Below are positions 7,360-14,397 of a stretch of DNA of 32,000 nucleotides, piece by piece. Origin of the DNA: Halogeometricum borinquense DSM 11551 (GTDB lineage Archaea > Halobacteriota > Halobacteria > Halobacteriales > Haloferacaceae); assembly GCF_000172995.2 (NCBI RefSeq), contig NC_014729.1, positions 1,380,001 through 1,412,000 on the forward strand, given 5' to 3'. The notes under the pieces are model-generated. The model was not told the DNA's origin and made no database searches. It saw nothing but the letters and a program-made list of their open reading frames with translations. A program made the translations under genes and the position numbers. Within the stretch, counting starts at the first letter, position 1, and each line of letters starts with the position of its first letter.

Positions 7360-9612
7360 ATGAACCTCGCTTCACGAACCGACGATAGCTTCCTCGATGA
7401 CGACCGTTTGGCCCGCTACGAGAGGATCCTCAGCCGGTACTGTGCGGCCCTCCGCGACTCCATCGATGCGGAGCCAATCGCCGCCGTTCGGGGGGTGTGG
7501 CGTACGTTCGTCCGCGACCACCACGGCTCGGTGTTCGCCGGTCTCGCGGACGAGTCGGACGCGTCGCTCCCTGACGACGCGGACGCCGTCGCTCGTGATG
7601 TGTTCATCCAGTCGCTCTCGTTCGATTACCTTCTCCGGACACATCTCGATGCCGCCGAATGCGCTCTCGGTATCGAACTCGAACGGTCGGCTGACGCGTC
7701 TGACCTGATTGCGGGATTCGAGACCGTCCATACCGCTGTCGAACCCGAACTCGACGCAGCGACACGCGAGGAGATACCCGAACTTGCCACCGACTTCATC
7801 CAGACTGCTACTCCTGCGGCGGTCACGGCTCTCCATCACGGAACCGTCTCACGCCTTGCACGCCGGGCTTTCGGCCGCTACGATACGCCCGCCGGACTCG
7901 CAGAACTCGCCGTCGAGAGCGTTCGCAACGGTGACTTCACAGAACGCGTCGTCCTCGACCCCGGATGCGGCGCGGGCGCGTTCCTCGCCGCAGCGGCGCG
8001 AGCGAAACTCGATTCGCTCGGGAGAGACGGCGAGACGCCAGCTAATTCCACAGCCCGCATCGCCAACTCTGTCCGTGGGTTCGACGTGAACCCTGTCGCC
8101 GTTCGCGCCGCTCGCCTTGCGCTCGTTCTGTCCCTTCGGCCACTCCTCAGCCGAGACGACGTTTCCTCGTTCGCCCCGCGCGTCGTCCTCGCAGATGCCG
8201 TGGAAACGACGGCCGACGACGCCCCTCTCGGCGGCACCCGTGCGGACGTGCTTCTCGGGAATCCGCCGTGGCTGACGTGGGACTCGCTGACGCCGCGGGT
8301 GAAAGACCGCTGGCGCGACGGGCCGATGGCGAATCCGGATCTCGATCTGTTCGCTCATCGCGGGCGCGACGCCCGCCTCGGATACGCGAACGACGACCTG
8401 TCAGTGCCGTTCGCGTGGACGTGCGTTCACAAGTTCCTCCGCGATGGCGGCCGCGCGGCGTTCGTCCTCAAGCGTGATTTGATGACTGGACCGGCGGGCA
8501 AACTCTTACGCCGCCGTCGAGTCGGTTCCCGACCGCTCTCGATGCGACACATCCACGATTTCGGATCGCTGTCGCCGTTCGGACGCGAGGTCGCCGCCGG
8601 AACCGCGCTGTACCGACTCGATGTGGGTGCCAATGGTGGTTCGCCGGCGGATGACTGCCCTATCCCAACGACGCGGTGGTCTCGAAACGGCGAGACTCCC
8701 TCGTTCGATTCACTTGCGACCATCCGTCAGACGCTCACCGCCGAGGACGCCGCACTCGTCCCCGCGGACCCGGACACCGAAGCATCGCCGTGGGTCCGTG
8801 CGGACGCCGAACGCCGGGCGCTCGGTTCTTCGGGGTACCGCATCCGACACGGCGTGAAAGATGACGCAAAAGCGGTGTACGCTCTTGACGAGGAGACTAT
8901 CGAGGAACACGACCTCGAACCGGATCACATCTATCCGTATCTGAAATCAAAGCACGTGGTGAAGTACGGACTGTTTGGCTACGATAGGCATCTCGTCCCG
9001 CAACGACTCGCGGGTGAGGAAAACGAGAGTGCAGTCCGACGGGAGACGCCCAACACGTACGCCTATCTCGACGCGAACCGCGACCGCCTCGAAGCGCGCG
9101 GGTCGTCGTGGTTCGACGACGGGCCGTTCTATTCGCTGTTCGGCCTCGGACCGTACACGTGGGCCGACTACAAGGTGGTCTGGTGTCGTCTCGGTTACAA
9201 GCCCCACTTCACCGTCGTCTCGACAGTCGAGGACCCGTTGCTCGGTGAGAAGCCGGTCGTTCCCGGCGATCACTGTATGTTCGTCGGGACCGACGACAAA
9301 CAGGAAGCGCACTACCTCTGTGGGCTTTTGAACTCCGCGCCGTACCAGCGGTGTCTGCGGGATATCTCCTCGGGCGGGAAGTCTAGCCTGTCAAAATCGA
9401 CCGTCTCTCGGTTGGCTATGCCCGAGTGGGACGCCAGAGACGAACAGGTTGCGCTCGCGGAGGCGTCGATGGCGGCCCATCGTATCGTCCCCGAGCACGT
9501 CGATTGCTCGAAGCGAGCGTACAACGCGAAAACCGTCCCTGAAATCGACGCTGCGCAGGCGCGGGTGGACCGTGCGGCCGAGCGATTTCTGGCCAGCCGT
9601 GACGACCAATGA
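7360..9612 (+). CDS. N6-adenine DNA methyltransferase-like protein (gamma-class motif order; Eco57I/TaqI/PglX-like MTase plus C-terminal target-recognition domain)
   Basis: Motif X-like GRYDTPAGLAELAV, motif I VLDPGCGAGAFL (D at nt 7957), GFDVNPVAVRAARLAL, motif IV GNPPW (nt 8260-8271), and a downstream FVLKRDLM...LRRR block. The C-terminal region, with YPYLKSKHVVKYG and the LCGLLNSAPYQRCL (LLNS) signature, is typical of TaqI_C-like specificity domains. No nuclease motif recognised. Confidence 0.85.
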   Translation: MNLASRTDDSFLDDDRLARYERILSRYCAALRDSIDAEPIAAVRGVWRTFVRDHHGSVFAGLADESDASLPDDADAVARDVFIQSLSFDYLLRTHLDAAECALGIELERSADASDLIAGFETVHTAVEPELDAATREEIPELATDFIQTATPAAVTALHHGTVSRLARRAFGRYDTPAGLAELAVESVRNGDFTERVVLDPGCGAGAFLAAAARAKLDSLGRDGETPANSTARIANSVRGFDVNPVAVRAARLALVLSLRPLLSRDDVSSFAPRVVLADAVETTADDAPLGGTRADVLLGNPPWLTWDSLTPRVKDRWRDGPMANPDLDLFAHRGRDARLGYANDDLSVPFAWTCVHKFLRDGGRAAFVLKRDLMTGPAGKLLRRRRVGSRPLSMRHIHDFGSLSPFGREVAAGTALYRLDVGANGGSPADDCPIPTTRWSRNGETPSFDSLATIRQTLTAEDAALVPADPDTEASPWVRADAERRALGSSGYRIRHGVKDDAKAVYALDEETIEEHDLEPDHIYPYLKSKHVVKYGLFGYDRHLVPQRLAGEENESAVRRETPNTYAYLDANRDRLEARGSSWFDDGPFYSLFGLGPYTWADYKVVWCRLGYKPHFTVVSTVEDPLLGEKPVVPGDHCMFVGTDDKQEAHYLCGLLNSAPYQRCLRDISSGGKSSLSKSTVSRLAMPEWDARDEQVALAEASMAAHRIVPEHVDCSKRAYNAKTVPEIDAAQARVDRAAERFLASRDDQ

Positions 9613-9652
9613 GTAATTCTTAAGTCCGGTCACGGCGCTACGAGTAGATGGA

Positions 9653-9726
9653 CCGCTCTTAGCTCAGCCTGGCAGAGCAGCCGACTGTAGATCGGCTTGT
9701 CCCCCGTTCAAATCGGGGAGAGCGGA
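9653..9726 (+). tRNA. tRNA-Tyr (anticodon GTA), 74 nt, no encoded CCA
   Basis: Cloverleaf folded by hand. Acceptor CCGCTCT/AGAGCGG (C1-G72, the archaeal/eukaryotic Tyr identity pair), D arm GCTC-AGCCTGGCA-GAGC, anticodon arm GCCGA-CTGTAGA-TCGGC, variable TTGTC, T arm CCCCG-TTCAAAT-CGGGG, discriminator A. Confidence 0.95.
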
Positions 9727-9921
9727 CTTTCTACCGACCTCGATTCCGAGAGCCTTCGGCTTGTCTCCGCTCCCGTGAGCGGATCGAACGGGAGGCAGCG
9801 AGACGTGTGTATCCGTGTGGTATCTCCGTGTTCTCTCGCCCAGTGCAACGACCAAAGCCAACCGGATGACTTCCCGTGTCTATTGTCCTCGTGGGAAGCG
9901 AATGTATATGCCATATTACAA

Positions 9922-9928
9922 TTTAATA
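9922..9928 (+). promoter_or_regulatory. Candidate TATA box (TTTAATA) for the 9952 ORF
   Basis: Centred 27 nt upstream of the ATG at 9952, the spacing expected for a leaderless haloarchaeal transcript. Confidence 0.4.
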
Positions 9929-9951
9929 GAGCGCAGGTCTAGTGCTGTGGT

Positions 9952-10230
9952 ATGAGCGCCAAGACTGCGGTTTCTACGCGTGTCATCGTCCGAAAACCGA
10001 TGAACGATCACGACACGATGACCGTCGAAGTCGAAGATACCAACGAAACCCGTCACCTTGTTGAGTATGCCGACCCGGAGCTTCGTCAGACGCTCGCGGC
10101 GCTTCCGTCCGGGACGACGATTCCGGTCTCACTTTCGCGGGTGGGTGCACGCTCGAACGTCTGGCGAGTAGCGGAACTCCACCACGAACCAATGGCGACC
10201 ACAAAGCACGCGGCCCAGACCTCGGACTAA
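9952..10230 (+). CDS. Small hypothetical protein (92 aa; the real start could be an internal Met)
   Basis: ORF with an acidic core (MTVEVEDTNETRHLVEYADPELRQTLAALPSG) and a well-placed TATA-like element. No recognisable domain. Confidence 0.45.
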   Translation: MSAKTAVSTRVIVRKPMNDHDTMTVEVEDTNETRHLVEYADPELRQTLAALPSGTTIPVSLSRVGARSNVWRVAELHHEPMATTKHAAQTSD

Positions 10231-10367
10231 GCCTCCCGACTGACTGCCTAGATTCGTTCCGTTCGCTGGCGCGCGTCTTGTTCTGTGCCGCTCCAACGTG
10301 GTCCTCTTTTCTCACACTCGAAACCCACATCTCTCGGTCTGTCTGTTTTCGCCGCTGAGTAGTCGCT

Positions 10368-10772
10368 TCAGTCTGCGTCTTCGTGCGGGACCGACAACAC
10401 CACCGCTTCACCGCTCAGCACGCTTTTCTCGTCAACGCTCGCCGTCGTCTTGACGCGGATTCGGTCTTTGCCGAGTTCTTCTACCACTTCGACGCGCGCG
10501 ACGATGTTATCGCCCGGCCGAACCGGATTCTCGAACTCGAAGTCCTGTGAAAGGTAGATGATGTCTCCGGGGAGGTCCGCGAGAGCGGCACTGATGACTG
10601 ATGCGGCGATCATCCCGTGAGCAATTCGTCCGCCGAACATCGTCTCGGCGGCGTAATCATCATCGAGATGAATTGGGTTGTTATCGCCCGATAAAGAGGC
10701 GAACTCGTCGATAGTCGATTTGGTGACGAGAAGTGACGCCTCGACAGCGTCACCCATCGTAGCTACTGCCAT
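10368..10772 (-). CDS. MaoC-like (R)-specific enoyl-CoA hydratase/dehydratase, hotdog fold
   Basis: FASLSGDNNPIHLDDDYAAETMFGGRIAHGM is the canonical MaoC dehydratase motif. At 134 aa it is a single hotdog domain. Confidence 0.9.
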   Translation of the reverse strand: MAVATMGDAVEASLLVTKSTIDEFASLSGDNNPIHLDDDYAAETMFGGRIAHGMIAASVISAALADLPGDIIYLSQDFEFENPVRPGDNIVARVEVVEELGKDRIRVKTTASVDEKSVLSGEAVVLSVPHEDAD

Positions 10773-10863
10773 ATCTGTTACTTCGCATCAGCCAACTTCG
10801 GCGCTCCGGTTAACATGTGAAGTACGGTGTTGATGGGGATGGCCCGTGTTATCATAGCCATCA

Positions 10864-11694
10864 ATGATCACGGTAGATAGTGATGGTGTAACTATCGCGT
10901 ACGAAACCCGCGGTCCAGCTACGCCGGAGCGGAACGCTGAGACGGTCGTCTTCCTTGAAGGACTCGGCTACGGACGTTGGATGTGGCGGTGGCAGGCGGC
11001 CGCGTTGAGCAGTCGGTACGAAGTCGTGCTTCTCGACAATCGCGGGACCGGTGACTCCGATGCACCGGACGGTCCCTACTCGATAGCACAGATGGCCGCC
11101 GACGTGGACGCAGTTCTCTCAGCCCTCGACGTAGACGAGGCGCACGTCGTCGGCGCGAGCATGGGTGGGATGATAGCGCAACGCTACGCGCTCGACTTCG
11201 ACCGGACGACCTCGTTATCGCTTCTGTGTACCTCTCACGGCGGTCCAGAGGCGGTGCCGACACCGCCGGAGACGAAACAGCGAATGTTCGACGTGCCCGA
11301 CGACGCCGACGAACGTGAGGTGATCCGATACAAGATGCGCCCAGCCATGACGGACGCGTTCTTCGAGTCGCGCGACGACCTCATTTCCCGCATCGTGGAC
11401 TGGCGGCTGGCGTCGGACGCTCCCGAACACGCCCGCACCGCGCAAGCCGAAGCAGTCGCCGCGTTCGACAGCAGCGACGAACTGGCGGCACTCGATATAC
11501 CGACACTGATTCTCCACGGAACTGAAGATAGGGTTCTCCCGGTCGAAAACGGCCAGTTGCTGGCGGACGAGATTGCTGAGGCGGCCGACGCAGCAGTCGT
11601 GTTTGAGGAGTACGACGGCGGCTCACACCTGTTCTTTATCGAACAGGCTGGAGCCGTGAACGACCGTCTTGCGACCTTCTTGAACAATGTCTGA
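10864..11694 (+). CDS. Alpha/beta-fold hydrolase
   Basis: Oxyanion-region VVFLEGLG, nucleophile elbow GASMGGMIA (G-x-S-x-G), and C-terminal LILHGTEDRVLP...GGSHLFF carrying the Asp/His triad context. Confidence 0.9.
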   Translation: MITVDSDGVTIAYETRGPATPERNAETVVFLEGLGYGRWMWRWQAAALSSRYEVVLLDNRGTGDSDAPDGPYSIAQMAADVDAVLSALDVDEAHVVGASMGGMIAQRYALDFDRTTSLSLLCTSHGGPEAVPTPPETKQRMFDVPDDADEREVIRYKMRPAMTDAFFESRDDLISRIVDWRLASDAPEHARTAQAEAVAAFDSSDELAALDIPTLILHGTEDRVLPVENGQLLADEIAEAADAAVVFEEYDGGSHLFFIEQAGAVNDRLATFLNNV

Positions 11695-13393
11695 GGGGAA
11701 CGACGATGGTCTCGGTGCCTTCTTGCCTGTTTCTGACGCCGGGCCGAACCGGTGGGTCGGCGGGTGGTCCGAGCGCCGCGCGCAACTCTCACCGGAGAAA
11801 GTCGGCCTCGTAGACGCCACGACGGACCAGTCGTTCACGTACGCCGAGTTGGACGCACGGGCAAACAGAACGGCCCGTCTGCTCCGTCAGTACGGCGTTG
11901 AGACGGGCGAACGGGTCGCTGTCATTTCGCGTAACCGCCCGGAACTGGTGGACCTGTTCTTCGCGACCGCGAAGACGGGTGGCGTCCTCGCCCCGCTTTC
12001 GCACCGCCTCGCCGCGCCTGAAATCGCTGAACTCCTCACGACGGTGGACCCGAAACTCCTCGTCATCGAGTCGCCGTTCGTTGAACTCGTCGCCGACGCA
12101 CGAGCAGCGGACGCGTTCGACACTGGTCCGTCGATTCTCGTCCTCTCTGCGGACGACGCGGGCAACGACTCGGACGACCTAAGTGACGCGCCGGCGTTCG
12201 CCGCAGTTCCGACGTTCGCTTCGGCCCTCCCGGATGATGCTTCGGACCCCTCGGACGACGCTTCGACCCCCTCGGACAACGCTTCGACCTCCTCGGACGA
12301 CGCTTCGGACCCCTCGGACGATGCCTCGCCCGCCGAACACACCGACGTATCGATGGACGACCCGCATCTGTTCCTCCACACCGGGGGATCCACGGGCACG
12401 CCGAAGGAAACGGTACTCACCCACGAGGGTATTCTCTGGAACTCGTTCAACACCATCACCGCGTGGGGGCTTTGCCCCGAGGACACGACGCCGATGGTGT
12501 TCCCGATGTTCCACACCGGCGGGTGGAACGTTATCACCGTTCCGCTGTTCCACCTCGGCGGGACGGTCGTCATCGCCCGCGACTTCGATCCCGCGGCGGT
12601 GCTTCGATTGATTCCGAAACACGATGCGAGCGTACTCATCGCCGTTCCCGCCGTTTTGCGGATGATGTGCGCGCACGACGACTGGACCGAAACCGATCTC
12701 TCGACACTCCGATTCGTGAAATCGGGTGGCGGTCCCTGCCGCGAGTCCGTGATGCAGGCGTGGTGGGATCGTGATATCGACCTTTCGCAGGGCTACGGTC
12801 TCACCGAATGCGGCCCGAACAACTTCGCCATGCCCGATGGATGGCCGCACGAGAAGGCCGACTCGGTAGGCGTCCCGGCGATGCACGTCGATGCGCGCGT
12901 CGTTGACGACGATGGCAACGAACTACAGGGCGAGGTCGGCGAACTGGAACTCTCCGGTCCACACGCCGCCCGCAAGTACTGGAATGCGCCCGAAGAGACG
13001 CGTGAGACGTTCGATGACGGATGGGTCTCTACGGGTGACCTCGCCCGCGTGGACGATGACGGCTACGTCCACATCGAAGGTCGGAAGAAGAATATGTTCG
13101 TCAGCGGTGGCGAGAACGTGTATCCGCCCGAAGTCGAGGATGCTGTCACCGCTCATCCGAAGGTGGAAGACGCGGTCGTCATCGGTATCCCCGACGAACG
13201 GTGGGGCCAGGTCGGTCGCGCCGTCGTGCAGGGCGACGACTCTGTGACGGTCGAAGAACTCTCCGCGTTCCTCGACGACCGACTCGCGCGGTTCAAACAG
13301 CCGAAATCGGTCGTCTTCGTCGATGAGATGCCTATGTCTGGACCGTCGAAGATAGACCGGCAAGCGCTGAAAGATCGGTTCGGTGGTGGATAG
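11687..13393 (+). CDS. AMP-dependent acyl-CoA synthetase/ligase (ANL superfamily) with an acidic repeat insertion
   Basis: AMP-binding motif LHTGGSTGTPKE, YGLTE, VSTGDLARVDDDGYVHIEGRKKNMFVSGGENVYPPEVE, and a terminal SGPSKIDR lysine motif. The start overlaps the upstream hydrolase stop by 8 nt. Confidence 0.92.
   Translation: MSEGNDDGLGAFLPVSDAGPNRWVGGWSERRAQLSPEKVGLVDATTDQSFTYAELDARANRTARLLRQYGVETGERVAVISRNRPELVDLFFATAKTGGVLAPLSHRLAAPEIAELLTTVDPKLLVIESPFVELVADARAADAFDTGPSILVLSADDAGNDSDDLSDAPAFAAVPTFASALPDDASDPSDDASTPSDNASTSSDDASDPSDDASPAEHTDVSMDDPHLFLHTGGSTGTPKETVLTHEGILWNSFNTITAWGLCPEDTTPMVFPMFHTGGWNVITVPLFHLGGTVVIARDFDPAAVLRLIPKHDASVLIAVPAVLRMMCAHDDWTETDLSTLRFVKSGGGPCRESVMQAWWDRDIDLSQGYGLTECGPNNFAMPDGWPHEKADSVGVPAMHVDARVVDDDGNELQGEVGELELSGPHAARKYWNAPEETRETFDDGWVSTGDLARVDDDGYVHIEGRKKNMFVSGGENVYPPEVEDAVTAHPKVEDAVVIGIPDERWGQVGRAVVQGDDSVTVEELSAFLDDRLARFKQPKSVVFVDEMPMSGPSKIDRQALKDRFGGG
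12233..12328 (+). repeat. In-frame 21-bp tandem repeat (about 4.6 copies) encoding (D-D/N-A-S-D/T-P/S-S)n inside the acyl-CoA synthetase
   Basis: Units at 12233, 12254, 12275 and 12296, with a partial unit at 12317: GATGATGCTTCGGACCCCTCG / GACGACGCTTCGACCCCCTCG / GACAACGCTTCGACCTCCTCG / GACGACGCTTCGGACCCCTCG / GACGATGCCTCG. Confidence 0.9.
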
Positions 13394-13553
13394 TGGATGG
13401 TATTATAAAAATACAAATAAATTCACAACACACTGGAAATGGGATATATCCTGCTCAAACCGTTGAAACGGGATACCTTCCCCCATTTATGTCAAAAGAT
13501 AGCTAACAGTTAAGTTGCTTCTCAGCCTTCATTTGTCCGAGTCACCACGAACG

Positions 13554-14258
13554 ATGATCGACCTCACGGTGGATGTAGAGCAGTACGACTGTCCGTTTGT
13601 CGCCGCCACCGACGATCATCCCGTTGCGTTCTCGGCGGTACACTGGGAGTACGATACCGCCGCCGACCGTACCGAGACGCGGATGGTCGTAGAGGCCGCA
13701 GACCGGGAAAGTCTCGACGCCGGGTTGTCCGTCCTTCGCGGTCACGAGGGAACGGCCGATTATCAGCTTCTCTCGCGCCGAAACGACGTTGCGCACATTC
13801 GAACCGTCATCGGACAAACCGACGCGATGCGGATCATCCGTGAGGAGGACGGATTCATCACCGGCCCGTCGTTCATCGAGGACGGAAGCGAACTGTGGCG
13901 TATCGGCTTCGACGACAGAGAGACAGAGGAGGAAGTCCTCTCACGTCTCGACCGCAACCACGAATTTGACGTGGTGAAGCGAAACGCGCCCGACCTCCCC
14001 GAACTCACCGACTTCGTGCAGAACGTCGGCGCGGCGATGACGCTCATCGAAGGCTGTCGTGACCTCTCGGACGTAGAGCGGAAAACGTTGGAATCGGCCA
14101 TTGACGGCGGCTACTTTCAGAGTCCCCGTTCGGCTACACTTGGTTCGCTGGCCGACGAGTTCGACGTCTCGAAACCCGCCGTGTCGAAGAATCTCCGCCG
14201 CGGCCAACGGAAGATGATCGAACGTGTCGTCAACGCGCTGGACGAGTTAGAGGGCTGA
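13554..14258 (+). CDS. Bat-type (HTH_10) helix-turn-helix transcriptional regulator
   Basis: The C-terminal LSDVERKTLESAIDGGYFQSPRSATLGSLADEFDVSKPAVSKNLRRGQRKMIERVV is the haloarchaeal bacterio-opsin-activator HTH_10 signature. Start set at the ATG at 13554 (MIDLTVDVEQYDCPF) rather than the TTG at 13515. Confidence 0.85.
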   Translation: MIDLTVDVEQYDCPFVAATDDHPVAFSAVHWEYDTAADRTETRMVVEAADRESLDAGLSVLRGHEGTADYQLLSRRNDVAHIRTVIGQTDAMRIIREEDGFITGPSFIEDGSELWRIGFDDRETEEEVLSRLDRNHEFDVVKRNAPDLPELTDFVQNVGAAMTLIEGCRDLSDVERKTLESAIDGGYFQSPRSATLGSLADEFDVSKPAVSKNLRRGQRKMIERVVNALDELEG

Positions 14259-14397
14259 GTGTCTGTTTCGAACGTCCTCTATGCCTCTCTCGGCGCATCT
14301 GGTGTGGTTCCCACTCCGATGAACTCTCTGGTATATGTTCAATGTTCACATGTTAACCTAGTGTCCTTTGCAACTCCTTAATAGATATTTAGGAGGA

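Noticed and set aside
9653-9726. tRNA-Tyr as the attachment site of an integrated element comprising the helicase/methylase region or the downstream genes.
   Set aside because: The window contains no integrase or recombinase gene. By eye I found no direct repeat of the tRNA 3' half in the intergenic regions. The helicase/methylase genes lie on the 5' side of the tRNA, and the 3' side leads into ordinary metabolic genes. It cannot be excluded without a whole-genome comparison.
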